Of a stretch of 64,000 nucleotides of DNA, positions 1 to 10,025 are shown piece after piece. The stretch spans positions 5,567-69,566 of the forward strand of contig CACYYM010000015.1 of NCBI GenBank assembly GCA_902778625.1, read 5' to 3'. This DNA comes from an uncultured Bacteroidales bacterium (GTDB lineage: Bacteria; Bacteroidota; Bacteroidia; Bacteroidales; Bacteroidaceae). A program made the translations under genes and the position numbers. The notes beneath the pieces are model-generated. The model was given only the letters and a program-made list of their open reading frames with translations. It searched no databases and was not told the DNA's origin. Position 1 is the stretch's first letter, and every line of letters begins with the position of its first letter.

Positions 1-474
1 CTTCACCTTGTTCGCAGCCAGTTTCTTTGCTCTCTGCTGACGTACTTCGTAGCTCAGTTTCGAGAAAGGAACTGCGTCGAGTCCGTAGTAAGCCGGTGAC
101 GCAATGCCCGACTGCTGTGGCATGAAGCTCAATTCGCCCGTCTCGGCGTTGCGAAGCATATAGCCCATGCTGCCGAAGCTGACTGTGCCATCTTCCTCGA
201 GAGCCTGCTGAAGCTCATCTACATATTCAATACACATCATGCGCGCGTCGGTACGCGACAGATTGTGCATCCTGGAGAAGGACTGGATGAAGTCTTCTCC
301 TGCTTCTTGTTCATTCCAAAGGAAAGAGACGGTGCGATAAGGCGGCAGGAAGATGCCTTCCTCGTCCACGCGTCTACTGCTCATCTCCCTAACGATAAAG
401 GTTCCAAGCTGCGGAACGCTTACCTCCGTCTGATGGAGGAGCAAATACTCAATGTGTGTCGAAAGTTCTATCAT
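1..474 (-). CDS. HU-like/SPOR-family protein, N-terminal part (CDS runs off left edge)
   Basis: Absent from the ORF track because it is open at nt 1. My translation from ATG 474..472 gives MIELSTHIEYLLLHQTEVSVPQLGTFIVREM..., 158 codons with no stop. The N-terminus resembles the Bacteroidales HU-CCDC81/SPOR family. Confidence 0.6.
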   Translation of the reverse strand, partial: MIELSTHIEYLLLHQTEVSVPQLGTFIVREMSSRRVDEEGIFLPPYRTVSFLWNEQEAGEDFIQSFSRMHNLSRTDARMMCIEYVDELQQALEEDGTVSFGSMGYMLRNAETGELSFMPQQSGIASPAYYGLDAVPFSKLSYEVRQQRAKKLAANKVK

Positions 475-558
475 GCCGACAAAGGTACGACTTTCCTTTG
501 AAAGCCGCAAGCTTTTCGGCAAGAAGTTATCAACAAATTTTCAAGTAAAACTTTAGGT

Positions 559-1179
559 TTACTCTTCTTTGGCGTTCTTAATTTGCTCTGCCACTTCAGG
601 TTTAACCTTGTAACGTTTGTTCAAACCTTTAACTATGTCGTTCGTGATGTTATACTTCGGATTGGCAACAAGAAGGTTGTCGCCAGCCTTAATCATCACG
701 TAGTCATACTTCTTTGTTTTATTGTAACGCTTCAAGAATGACTGGATGCTGTCGCGAGCCTCCTCGTTGATGCGAGCCTGCTCCATTGCGAATTCACCCT
801 GCAGGCGGTCGGCAAGCTCTGCCAAATCATTTTGCTCTTTCTGTATTGAAGCTTGAGCGCGCTCCAGCTCATCGCGGGTCGTGAACTCGTTGCTCTCATA
901 CTTCTTCTGGACAGATGCGGCATGGTTCTCGAGGGCACGCTGCTTCTGGGCAAGCGTCTTCTGGATGTTATTGCCTTTGCGGGTAAGCACTTCGCTGTAG
1001 TCCTTGTAGAGTTGGTACTGGCTCATCAGCGTATCGAGCTCTACATAAGCAATCTTGAGTCCTACAGTTTCTTCCTGTTGAGCCGTTTCCTTAGTTGTTT
1101 CCTCCTGTTCTTTCGTACCGCAAGAAGCAAAGAACACTGTTGCAGCCGCAAAGGCCATAAAAGTAAAAAACTTCTTCAT
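559..1179 (-). CDS. skp: OmpH/Skp-family periplasmic chaperone lipoprotein
   Basis: ORF 559..1242. Start moved to internal MKKFFTFMAFAAATVFFASCG (signal peptide plus lipobox). Coiled-coil, Q/E/K-rich ~200-aa body typical of OmpH. Confidence 0.75.
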   Translation of the reverse strand: MKKFFTFMAFAAATVFFASCGTKEQEETTKETAQQEETVGLKIAYVELDTLMSQYQLYKDYSEVLTRKGNNIQKTLAQKQRALENHAASVQKKYESNEFTTRDELERAQASIQKEQNDLAELADRLQGEFAMEQARINEEARDSIQSFLKRYNKTKKYDYVMIKAGDNLLVANPKYNITNDIVKGLNKRYKVKPEVAEQIKNAKEE

Positions 1180-1209
1180 CGTCAAGTAGTAATTGTTTTT
1201 ATTTGGGTG

Positions 1210-1217
1210 CAAAGGTA
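1210..1217 (-). promoter_or_regulatory. Bacteroidetes -7 box TACCTTTG (TAnnTTTG) for skp
   Basis: caaaggta on the + strand, 31 nt upstream of the 1179 start. Confidence 0.5.
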
Positions 1218-1305
1218 CGATAAATACTTTATAATTCATCATTTGCGTTTCATAAAAATTCTTAATTCTTACATAAAGTGCGTATTCTCTATGCTAAAAA
1301 GAAAA

Positions 1306-1415
1306 CACCGCCTGCGGGGATCTCAAACGCCGCACGCGGAAATGGTCAACGCAGCACGCGGGGATTGCCATCGCCGCACGCGGCGTTTGAATCGTCGCAA
1401 GCGGAGTCATTAAAT
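1306..1415. repeat. Composite 22-bp-period CGCCGCACGCGG element, copy 1
   Basis: Units cgccgcacgcggaaatggtcaa / cgcagcacgcggggattgccat / cgccgcacgcggcgtttgaatc. Same unit types as at 27456-27550 and 38230-38320. Confidence 0.8.
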
Positions 1416-1424
1416 GCCTTGTTA

Positions 1425-1634
1425 TCAGTTAATTCGTTCTTTGGCGTGTTTATGCTCCCGACGTTCGATGGCATCCATGCTCTGAACACAGTGTATGCCT
1501 CTGTCTCTCATCGCTTTACTGCCGCCGATATGCGTACTGCCAAATTTGCTTCCGGGCTTCAAAAGTATCTTGATGCACAAAAACAGAACAGATAAGGCAA
1601 CAATTCCGAGGGTAATGAGTGCAAGTTTCAACAT
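1425..1634 (-). CDS. small membrane protein, unknown function
   Basis: 69-aa ORF with an N-terminal TM segment (LALITLGIVALSVLFLCI). A TATATTTG box lies just upstream at about 1645. Confidence 0.4.
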   Translation of the reverse strand: MLKLALITLGIVALSVLFLCIKILLKPGSKFGSTHIGGSKAMRDRGIHCVQSMDAIERREHKHAKERIN

Positions 1635-1721
1635 ATTTCGCTATATTTGTGGCACAAATATACAATAATATATAATAATGTATAGTTATTTATTAAGATA
1701 AATAGCTTTAAAGTCAGAATT

Positions 1722-3176
1722 ATGGATAAAACATCATTACAGCCCCAGAGTGTATTTAAGTGCTTTGCACAAGTCAACCAAATTCCTCGCCCATCGAAGA
1801 AGGAAGAGAAAATGATAGAGTTCCTGCTTGATTTCGGCAAGAAGCTCGGACTCGAAACAAAGAGAGACGAAGCAGGAAACGTCCTCATCCGCAAGCCTGC
1901 GACGCCAGGCTTCGAAGACCGACAGACAATCATTCTCCAGAGCCACATGGACATGGTGTGCGAGAAGAATCGCGACGTCGAGTTCGACTTCTCGAAAGAT
2001 GCCATTCAGACTTATGTGGACGGCGAATGGATGAAGGCAAAGGGCACTACACTTGGTGCCGACGACGGCATCGGTGTGGCGATGGAGATGGCTCTACTGG
2101 AATCGACAGACATCGAGCACGGACCGCTGGAATGCGTCTTTACCCGTGATGAAGAAACTGGTCTCTCTGGTGCAGAAGGCATGAAGTCCGACTTTATGAA
2201 CGGTCGCTTGATGGTCAACCTCGACAGCGAAGACGAAGGACAAATCTTCGTCAGCTGTGCCGGAGGCTGCCGTACGCTTGCTCAGTTCGAGTATAAGGAA
2301 GAGCCGCTGCCAGAAGACTTCTTCACCTTCTCGCTTGCCATCAAGGGCTTGACTGGCGGTCACAGCGGCGACGACATCAACAAGAAACGAGCCAACGCCA
2401 ACAAGCTCCTGGCTCGCTTCCTCTATGTCTCTCAGCAGAAATACGACCTTAGGCTTGTCGATATTCAGGCTGGCGGCCTGCACAACGCGATTCCTCGCGA
2501 GGCTTGGTGCCTCTGCGCCATTCCCATGAAGGACAAGGAGAGCATCACTGTCGACTGGAACGTCTTCCTGGCAGACGTTGAGGAAGAGTACAGCGTTACG
2601 GAGAAGACGATGAAGTTCGTTTTGGAGAGCGAGACGAAGGCTGTTAGCGCTATCGAGAAAGATTGCGCACTTCGGCTCATCAAGGCGCTGCAAGCAGTCT
2701 ATAACGGCGTGTTTGCTTACTGTCAGGACATTGACGACCTCATCGAGACAAGCAGTAACCTCGCCAGCATTCACAAGAAAGAGAAGACTATCGACGTGCT
2801 CAGCAGTCAGCGAAGCAGCATTCTCAGTGCCCGTCACAACATGGCCTATACTGTTGCCGCAGCCTTCGAACTTGCAGGAGCAAAAGTGGATATCGGCGAA
2901 GGCTACCCGGGCTGGAAGATGAACCCGAACAGCAAGATACTTGCCATCGCAGTCGAGCAGTACAAGAAGCTCTTCAAGAAAGACCCGATGGTGCTCGGCA
3001 TCCACGCCGGCCTCGAATGCGGTCTCTTCTCTGAGAAGTTCCCAGGAATGGACATGATAAGCATGGGCCCAACGCTTCGAGGCGTGCATAGCCCTGACGA
3101 GAAGCTCCTTATCCCGACTGTTCAAATGGTGTGGGATCACTTGCTCGCAATCCTGAAGAACGCTCCGAAGAAATAG
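1722..3176 (+). CDS. pepD: aminoacyl-histidine dipeptidase (M20C)
   Basis: 484 aa. PRPSKKEEKMIEFL, LQSHMDMV and GADDGIG motifs, and a length typical of PepD. Confidence 0.9.
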   Translation: MDKTSLQPQSVFKCFAQVNQIPRPSKKEEKMIEFLLDFGKKLGLETKRDEAGNVLIRKPATPGFEDRQTIILQSHMDMVCEKNRDVEFDFSKDAIQTYVDGEWMKAKGTTLGADDGIGVAMEMALLESTDIEHGPLECVFTRDEETGLSGAEGMKSDFMNGRLMVNLDSEDEGQIFVSCAGGCRTLAQFEYKEEPLPEDFFTFSLAIKGLTGGHSGDDINKKRANANKLLARFLYVSQQKYDLRLVDIQAGGLHNAIPREAWCLCAIPMKDKESITVDWNVFLADVEEEYSVTEKTMKFVLESETKAVSAIEKDCALRLIKALQAVYNGVFAYCQDIDDLIETSSNLASIHKKEKTIDVLSSQRSSILSARHNMAYTVAAAFELAGAKVDIGEGYPGWKMNPNSKILAIAVEQYKKLFKKDPMVLGIHAGLECGLFSEKFPGMDMISMGPTLRGVHSPDEKLLIPTVQMVWDHLLAILKNAPKK

Positions 3177-3231
3177 CCCTTCGTTATAACGACATAACGG
3201 AATAACGTCATAACGACACACACAGAAATAG

Positions 3232-4722
3232 ATGAAATTAAAGTTTCTCCTTCCTCTGCTCACCCTGCTTTCCGCGGCTTGTTCCGACTACGAAACCTTC
3301 TCGGACAACCCGAACTTCAGACTTGAGTTCTCGCAAGACACCATTGCCTTCGACACGCTTATCAGCACGATTCCCAGCAGCACTAAGACGCTCTATGCCT
3401 TTAACAATAACGGCAACGGCATGCGTGTCAGCACGATTCAGCTCGAGGGAGGCGCCAAGAGCCTGTTCCGCGTCAACGTCGATGGGCGCTACCTCTCAGA
3501 TGGCATTTGGCACGACTTTGAGGTACTGAAGCACGACAGCCTCGTCATCCGCATCGAGATGACACCTCCGGAGGTCGGAAGCACTGAGCCGCTCTACTTT
3601 GAGGACAAGTTACACTTCACTTTGGAAAACGGCGCAAGACAGACTGTCGTGCTTAGCGGCGGCTCCATCGACGCTTATATCATGAAGGGAGGACTGATTA
3701 TCGAATCTGACCAAACGCTCCTGACCGACAAGGCTTACGTCATCTACGACTCGCTTGTTGTGATGAAGGGTGCAACACTCACTCTGACCGAAGGCACAAG
3801 GCTGATGTTCCACGACAAGGCTGCTCTGCATGTCTATGGAAAGCTTCTTGTTCAAGGCAGTCTTGAAAAGCCCGTCGTGCTTCGAGGCGACAGGATGGAC
3901 CACATGTTCGACTACCTGCTCTACGACAACACGCCAAGCCGTTGGGAAGGTGTCGTCATTCATCGAGGCAGCTACGGCAACGAGTTCTACCAGTGCGACC
4001 TGCACAGCTCGCTCTTCGGCATCATTGTTGAGGACACAGAGCAAACGGTTCCGGAACTGACAAAGCCATCTGTCATCATCGATTGTAGCATTTTCCATAA
4101 CATCGGAGGCGACGGCTTGCAGTTCAACAATTGTGTGAGCAAGGTCACGAACACGCAGATAAGCAATACGCTAGGACATACCGTCAACCTCAACGGAGGC
4201 TCGCATTTCTTCACCTATTGTACGTTGGCACAGTTCTATCCTTTTACGGCAAACAGAGGCGACGGCTTACATCTCGTCAGTTGCAAAGACGGTGGCGAGT
4301 ATGGACTGCTACGCAAAGCACATTTCATTAACTGTGTCATAACGGGTTACGGCGATGATGTCATTATGGGCGAGAACATCCCGCAGGACGGTTCGTGCGA
4401 CTATCTCTTCCACCATAGCTTCCTCAATACGCCGATAGTTGAGGAGCCGGATCATTTCGTGGACTGCGTCTTCGACCGGGACAAAAAGAAGAACGAGGAA
4501 GAGAAACTCGTTCGGCAAGATAACTTCGTGCTCTTCGATACGGAGAACTTCATCTATGACTTCACGCCGAAAGACAGCAGCATGATTCGCTCGCTTGCCG
4601 ACCCGAACTATGAAGGCGTACCTGCCTTCGACAGATATGGTGTGAGCCGACTCGCAGATGAAGGTCCGGATGCAGGATGCTACGAGTTTGTCAAGAAACC
4701 AGACGAGGAGGAACAGCCGTGA
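3232..4722 (+). CDS. lipoprotein with parallel beta-helix-like repeats, unknown function
   Basis: Signal peptide plus lipobox (LLSAACS). Repetitive hydrophobic/Gly-Asn segments in the C-terminal half. Confidence 0.5.
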   Translation: MKLKFLLPLLTLLSAACSDYETFSDNPNFRLEFSQDTIAFDTLISTIPSSTKTLYAFNNNGNGMRVSTIQLEGGAKSLFRVNVDGRYLSDGIWHDFEVLKHDSLVIRIEMTPPEVGSTEPLYFEDKLHFTLENGARQTVVLSGGSIDAYIMKGGLIIESDQTLLTDKAYVIYDSLVVMKGATLTLTEGTRLMFHDKAALHVYGKLLVQGSLEKPVVLRGDRMDHMFDYLLYDNTPSRWEGVVIHRGSYGNEFYQCDLHSSLFGIIVEDTEQTVPELTKPSVIIDCSIFHNIGGDGLQFNNCVSKVTNTQISNTLGHTVNLNGGSHFFTYCTLAQFYPFTANRGDGLHLVSCKDGGEYGLLRKAHFINCVITGYGDDVIMGENIPQDGSCDYLFHHSFLNTPIVEEPDHFVDCVFDRDKKKNEEEKLVRQDNFVLFDTENFIYDFTPKDSSMIRSLADPNYEGVPAFDRYGVSRLADEGPDAGCYEFVKKPDEEEQP

Positions 4723-5192
4723 AAGGCTTGCTCATAGTGGTGGGCAAGACCACAGACAGGCGCTTCGAAGCCATCATAAATGAGTATGTCGAACGCATAA
4801 GACACTATATTCCCTTTGCCATCGAGGTCATCCCTGAACTCAAGAACACAAAAGGGCTCAGCCAAAACGAGCAGAAGGAACGCGAAGGGGAACTCATCCA
4901 GAAAAGCCTGCAGGCAGGAGACTACATAGTGCTCCTCGACGAACACGGCAGCGAGCGGACAAGCATGGAGTTTGCCGCCTGGATGCAAAAGAAAATGGCT
5001 GCGGGGCCAAAGCGCCTCGTCTTCATCGTGGGAGGACCTTACGGCTTCTCCGACACCATACATAAACGGGGCAACGAAGAGGTCAGCCTGAGCCGCATGA
5101 CACTCTCCCACCAGATGGTCCGCATGTTCTTCGTGGAGCAGATCTACAGAGCAATGACCATCCTGAACGGCGAACCCTATCATCATGAATAG
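4719..5192 (+). CDS. rlmH: 23S rRNA (pseudouridine1915-N3)-methyltransferase
   Basis: ORF 4677..5192. GTG at 4719 overlaps the upstream stop (GTGA) and gives a 157-aa VKGLLIVVGKT... protein, the typical RlmH length. C-terminal ILNGEPYH motif. Confidence 0.85.
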   Translation: MKGLLIVVGKTTDRRFEAIINEYVERIRHYIPFAIEVIPELKNTKGLSQNEQKEREGELIQKSLQAGDYIVLLDEHGSERTSMEFAAWMQKKMAAGPKRLVFIVGGPYGFSDTIHKRGNEEVSLSRMTLSHQMVRMFFVEQIYRAMTILNGEPYHHE

Positions 5193-5214
5193 ATACACAT
5201 AACAATATAATACT

Positions 5215-6090
5215 ATGCTATCAGTAGAAGAACTTAACGACAGACTTATTGACCTGTCTTTTGCCGAGGACATCGGCGACGGAGACCACACGACGCTTTG
5301 TTGCATCCCGGAAACCGAGATGGGCGAAAGCAAGTTGCTCATCAAGGAAGAAGGCATCTTTGCAGGCAACGAGATTGCAAAGAAAGTGTTCCATCGCTTC
5401 GACCCTGACCTGCAGGTCGAGACATACATCGAGGATGGAGCGCATGTCAAGCCTGGCGACATCGTGATGAGCGTCAAGGGAAAGGTGCAGAGCCTCCTGC
5501 AGACGGAGCGCCTCATGCTCAATATCCTGCAGCGAATGAGCGGCATAGCCACGATGACGCACAAGTATCAACAAGCCATCTACGATGCCGGTTGCAAGAC
5601 GCGCGTCCTTGATACCCGCAAGACGACACCCGGCATGCGAATGCTCGAGAAAGAGGCTGTGAAGATTGGCGGCGGCATGAACCACCGCATCGGACTCTTC
5701 GACATGATTCTCCTGAAAGACAATCACATCGACTTCTGCGGCGGTGTTCACAACGCGATAAGTCGTGCGAAGCAATATTTGAAAGAGAAAGGCAAGGACC
5801 TTAAGATTGAGTGCGAGGTCAGGAACTGGAAGGAACTGGACGAAGCGCTTGCCGAAGGTTGCGACCGCATCATGTTCGACAACTTCACGCCCGAGGACAC
5901 GAAGAAGGCCGTGGAGATAGTTGCGGGCCGATGCGAAACGGAATCGAGTGGCGGCATCACTTTCGACACGATGATTCCCTACGCCAAAGCCGGCGTCGAT
6001 TTCATTTCCTTCGGAGCCTTGACACATAGCGTGAAGGGCCTTGACATGAGTTTCAAGGCTGCTGGAAGCGATAAACTTATTATCAAATAG
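5215..6090 (+). CDS. nadC: nicotinate-nucleotide diphosphorylase (carboxylating)
   Basis: 291 aa. DTRKTTPG, LLKDNH and SGGI motifs of quinolinate phosphoribosyltransferase. Confidence 0.9.
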   Translation: MLSVEELNDRLIDLSFAEDIGDGDHTTLCCIPETEMGESKLLIKEEGIFAGNEIAKKVFHRFDPDLQVETYIEDGAHVKPGDIVMSVKGKVQSLLQTERLMLNILQRMSGIATMTHKYQQAIYDAGCKTRVLDTRKTTPGMRMLEKEAVKIGGGMNHRIGLFDMILLKDNHIDFCGGVHNAISRAKQYLKEKGKDLKIECEVRNWKELDEALAEGCDRIMFDNFTPEDTKKAVEIVAGRCETESSGGITFDTMIPYAKAGVDFISFGALTHSVKGLDMSFKAAGSDKLIIK

Positions 6091-6096
6091 CACATC

Positions 6097-7749
6097 ATGA
6101 AACGTCTCACAATACTCTTATTGGCAGGTCTTCTCTTGCCCCTTGCCCCTTCTTCCTTGCCCCTGTATTCTTGCACAAACCTGATTGTCGGCAAGAAAGC
6201 CTCGAAGGATGGCAGCGTGATTATTTCCTACAGTCAGGACGACTATGGTTCGTTTGAACCACTTCGTGTTATTCCTGCTGCCGATCATCCTGCTGGATCG
6301 ATGCATCCCTTATATCATTACGAGAGTAACAACTACCTTGGGGAGATTCCGGAAGTCGCTCATACTTACGGCATTGTAGGCCTGATGAACGAGTTTCAAG
6401 TGTCGATTCACGAGACGACATGGGGCGGCCGGCCTGAATTGACAGATACTATAAGTGGACTTATCGATTATGGTTCGCTCATGGTGCTCGGCCTGCAGCG
6501 TTCCAAGACTGCCCGCGAGGCCATCGAAGTCATGACAAAACTGGTCGAGACCTACGGCTATGAGAGCGAAGGAGAAAGCTTCTCCGTGGCCGACCCTAAC
6601 GAGGCGTGGATTCTGGAGATGATAGGCAAAGGCCCAGGACGCAAGGGAACCGTGTGGGTGGCCGTGCGTATCCCAGACGATTGCATTAGCGGTCACGCCA
6701 ATCAGAGCCGCATCCATCAGTTCCCCCTCAAGGACAAGAAGAACTGCCTCTACGCAAAGGACGTCATCAGCTTCGCTCGCGAAAAGGGTTACTTCAGCGG
6801 CAAAGATGCAGACTTCTCGTTTGCCGACGCTTACGCACCCGCTGACTTCGGCGCACTTCGCTTCTGTGAGGCTCGTATCTGGAGCTATTACAACAAGTGG
6901 GCTGCCGAGAACATGAGCCCCTATCTGCCTTATGCGATGGGTGACACGAAAGGTCAAGTCATTCCACTTTACGTAAAACCAAAAGCTCCGCTCAGCGTTC
7001 AAGATGTCAAGGACATGATGCGCGACCACTATGAAGGCACGCCGATGGCGCTAACCGAGGACATCGGAATGGGTGCTTGGGAAATGCCGTACCGCCCCAC
7101 TCCACTCAGTTTCGAGGTGGACGGGAAGAAGTATTTCAACGAACGCCCCATCAGTACCCAGCAGTCGGCCTGCGTTTATGTGAGTCAGATGCGCTCCTGG
7201 CTGCCCAATCATATTGGTGGAGTCACTTGGTTCGCCAATGATGAAGCGAACATGACAGCCTTTACACCCTGCTATTGCAACATGACGCAGGCTCCCGAAT
7301 GCTACGACAAGAATACCGCCGACGCCTTCCATTTCTCCACTCGCTCAGCGTATTGGGTGGAGAACTGGGTCAGCAACATGGTCTATCTGCGCTACAATCT
7401 GCTCTTCCCCGAACTGCAGAAGGTGCGCGACAGACTGGAGAAGGACTACAACTCGCTGCAGGCCGATGTGGAGAGCAAAGCGGCAGGCATGAGCAAAGAG
7501 GAAGCCATCAAGTACCTTTCGGCATATAGTCATCGTGTTGCTGGTGCTATGATGGACGAATGGAACCAGCTTGCACAACTCATCATCGTGAAGTACAACG
7601 ACATGGCCGTCAAGCGAACCGATGAGAACGGGCAGTTCGAGAAGACTCCCGGAGGCAATCCCCGTCCTGTCCTTCGCCCAGGTTATCCTGAGAGATTCAA
7701 GCGCGAAATCATCAAGCAGGCTGGTGAACGCTACAAGGTTCCCGAGTGA
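6097..7749 (+). CDS. C69-family dipeptidase, secreted
   Basis: Signal peptide followed by CTNLIVGKKASKDGS (N-terminal Cys nucleophile context of the C69 family). 550 aa. Confidence 0.8.
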   Translation: MKRLTILLLAGLLLPLAPSSLPLYSCTNLIVGKKASKDGSVIISYSQDDYGSFEPLRVIPAADHPAGSMHPLYHYESNNYLGEIPEVAHTYGIVGLMNEFQVSIHETTWGGRPELTDTISGLIDYGSLMVLGLQRSKTAREAIEVMTKLVETYGYESEGESFSVADPNEAWILEMIGKGPGRKGTVWVAVRIPDDCISGHANQSRIHQFPLKDKKNCLYAKDVISFAREKGYFSGKDADFSFADAYAPADFGALRFCEARIWSYYNKWAAENMSPYLPYAMGDTKGQVIPLYVKPKAPLSVQDVKDMMRDHYEGTPMALTEDIGMGAWEMPYRPTPLSFEVDGKKYFNERPISTQQSACVYVSQMRSWLPNHIGGVTWFANDEANMTAFTPCYCNMTQAPECYDKNTADAFHFSTRSAYWVENWVSNMVYLRYNLLFPELQKVRDRLEKDYNSLQADVESKAAGMSKEEAIKYLSAYSHRVAGAMMDEWNQLAQLIIVKYNDMAVKRTDENGQFEKTPGGNPRPVLRPGYPERFKREIIKQAGERYKVPE

Positions 7750-7760
7750 TGTTGAAAAAG

Positions 7761-7878
7761 ATAACGTGTTAAGTCGGCAAACTTAACGTGTTAAAACGAC
7801 AAACTTAACGTGTTAAAACGACAAACTTAACGTGTTAAAATGACAAACTTAACGTGTTAAAACGACAAACTTAACGTA
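7761..7878. repeat. 22-bp tandem repeat, about 5.4 copies (ttaacgtgttaaaacgacaaac)
   Basis: Read directly. Copies start at 7761, 7783, 7805, 7827 and 7849, with a partial copy at 7871. The array ends 27 nt before the amylase ATG. Confidence 0.95.
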
Positions 7879-7904
7879 GGACATTATTTAAGGATACATG
7901 CGAT

Positions 7905-9908
7905 ATGAAAAAATTTGGACTTTTGCTATCAGCAATCATACTGCATTTAACCGTCTTTGCACAAGGCTGGCCGATGGATTATGACGGCGTGATGATGCAG
8001 GGATTCTATTGGGATTCCTATTCAGAAACGTCTTGGGCGAAGCTTGAAGCACAGGCAGACGAGATTGCTCCTTATTTCCAATTGATTTGGATTCCGCAGA
8101 GCGGATGGTGTAACAGCGATTACACTATGGGCTACATGCCTGTCTATTACTTCGACCAAAAGAGTGCTTTCGGTTCCGAATCACAGCTTCGAAGTATGAT
8201 AAAAACTTACAAGAAAAAGGGTACGGGCTTCATCGCCGATGTTGTTCTCAACCATCGAAAGAATATTGGCAAAGATGGCTCATGGGTTGACTTTCCCGAA
8301 GAGACATACAACGGTGTAACGTATCAGATGTATCCCTCCGATATCTGCAAGAACGACGACGGCGGAGCGACAGGCAATTGGGCATCGGCACACGGTATTT
8401 CGCTCTCGGAGAACAATGACACAGGCGATGATTGGTCAAGCTGTCGCGACCTCGATCATAACAGTCAAAACGTCCAAGAATACATCAAAGCCTATCTCGA
8501 TTTCCTACTTAACGACATAGGTTATGTCGGTTTCCGCTATGATATGGTGAAAGGCTTCTATGCAAGTTTCGTTGGCGAATATAATATGGCGGCAAGACCT
8601 GCTTTCAGCGTTGGCGAATACTTTGATGGAACAAGCAACATCAAACAGTGGATAGACTTCACGAAAGGTTATGTGGCAGAATATCCGACCAGCGGAGCCT
8701 TCGACTTCGGCTTCCGTTATCGCATGATTGATGCTGTCAACAATCAGAAATGGCGTTATCTTGGAGAGGGCGATCCACCACTTATTTCTGATAATTACTA
8801 TAAGCAGTATGCCATAACCTTCGTCGAGAATCATGATACCGAGAATCGAATCAATGGAGATGTGCAGAATCCAATCTACAGAGACACACTTGCTGCAAAC
8901 GCTTACATGCTTGCAATGCCTGGAACGCCTTGCGTCTTCTACAGACATTGGGCGGACTGCAAGTATCCGCTCAAGCAAATGATTCTTGCCAGACGACTTG
9001 CCGGCATCACGAACACTTCTGGTGCTGAAGAGAAATGGAGAGACGACAAATACTATGCAAAGGCAGTTTACGGCAAGAACGCCACTCTGATCTGTGTCGT
9101 TGGCAGCAATCCAGACGGGTATGGAGTGAGCACTTCTGACTATCGCAAAATACTTTCCGGCAAAGGATATCGCTATTATTTGAGTCGAAACGCCAACACA
9201 GTTTGGATGGATGTCCCAGATGGAACTTACGAAGGCTCAATTCAAGTCAAGTTCACTGCAGTTAGCAATTATACTGGCTTCAGGATTGTCTATACGACAG
9301 ACGGCTCTGATCCGACTTCCGAAAGCAACACTATTACAAGCGGAAGCACTTTGAGTATCGAATCCTCCTGTACGCTTAAGGCCGGCATATTGCATGGAGG
9401 CAAGGTTTATGGCATTCAGACTCGCAAGTACAACATCTTTGTGCCACACGACATCACGCTTTACGTTCACTCCGACGTCACTTGGTCCGCAATGTCCTTC
9501 TACGTCTGGGACAACCTCGACAACAAGCCCAACGGCAATTGGCCCGGCAAGCGAGTAAGGGATACTAAGGAGATAGGAGGCAAGACATGGAACTATCAGA
9601 CCTATCATCTCTCGTCGGCCGACCAATACCTCAACTTGATTGTTACAAACACAGCAGGCGGCAGACAAACCATTGACGTTCGTGGTATCCGCTCTGACCG
9701 CTTCTTCTGCATTACAGGAGACAAGGACGGGAGCAACTTCATCATTGAAGACCAGACGGATGATATGGCGACAGGAATTGAGGAACTTGACAACTTTACG
9801 CCCTCACCATTTAACAATTCCGCTTTCAACCTGCAAGGCATGCCTGTTCCTCAAGGCAAGAAGAAAGGCATCATTATAGAGAACGGACGAAAGACCCTGT
9901 ATAAATAA
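7905..9908 (+). CDS. GH13 alpha-amylase with C-terminal binding domains and T9SS sorting tail
   Basis: GH13 regions DVVLNH, GFRYDMVKG, VGEYFDG and FVENHD. C-terminus FNLQGMPV...KGIIIENGRKTLYK resembles a T9SS CTD. Confidence 0.85.
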   Translation: MKKFGLLLSAIILHLTVFAQGWPMDYDGVMMQGFYWDSYSETSWAKLEAQADEIAPYFQLIWIPQSGWCNSDYTMGYMPVYYFDQKSAFGSESQLRSMIKTYKKKGTGFIADVVLNHRKNIGKDGSWVDFPEETYNGVTYQMYPSDICKNDDGGATGNWASAHGISLSENNDTGDDWSSCRDLDHNSQNVQEYIKAYLDFLLNDIGYVGFRYDMVKGFYASFVGEYNMAARPAFSVGEYFDGTSNIKQWIDFTKGYVAEYPTSGAFDFGFRYRMIDAVNNQKWRYLGEGDPPLISDNYYKQYAITFVENHDTENRINGDVQNPIYRDTLAANAYMLAMPGTPCVFYRHWADCKYPLKQMILARRLAGITNTSGAEEKWRDDKYYAKAVYGKNATLICVVGSNPDGYGVSTSDYRKILSGKGYRYYLSRNANTVWMDVPDGTYEGSIQVKFTAVSNYTGFRIVYTTDGSDPTSESNTITSGSTLSIESSCTLKAGILHGGKVYGIQTRKYNIFVPHDITLYVHSDVTWSAMSFYVWDNLDNKPNGNWPGKRVRDTKEIGGKTWNYQTYHLSSADQYLNLIVTNTAGGRQTIDVRGIRSDRFFCITGDKDGSNFIIEDQTDDMATGIEELDNFTPSPFNNSAFNLQGMPVPQGKKKGIIIENGRKTLYK

Positions 9909-9945
9909 TCTTCCTCTCTCGATGCGTTACTCAGCATCGCAGGCA

Positions 9946-10025
9946 GAGTTCATTATACATACATGTATCTATAATTAAATGTACATGTATGTATAATTGT
10001 AGATACATGTATGTATAATGAACTC
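9946..10025. repeat. 80-bp AT-rich palindrome (perfect 26-bp arms)
   Basis: gagttcattatacatacatgtatcta at 9946-9971 is the exact reverse complement of 10000-10025. The centre repeats tacatgtatgtataat. Confidence 0.9.

Noticed and set aside
265-501. 78-aa plus-strand ORF at the left edge
   Set aside because: It is antisense to the better-supported HU/SPOR-like CDS (1..474, minus strand), which has a family-typical N-terminus.
7761-7878. Possible CRISPR array (regularly spaced repeats)
   Set aside because: The period is 22 bp with no unique spacers between the units. The units are contiguous tandem copies, and no cas genes are in the window.
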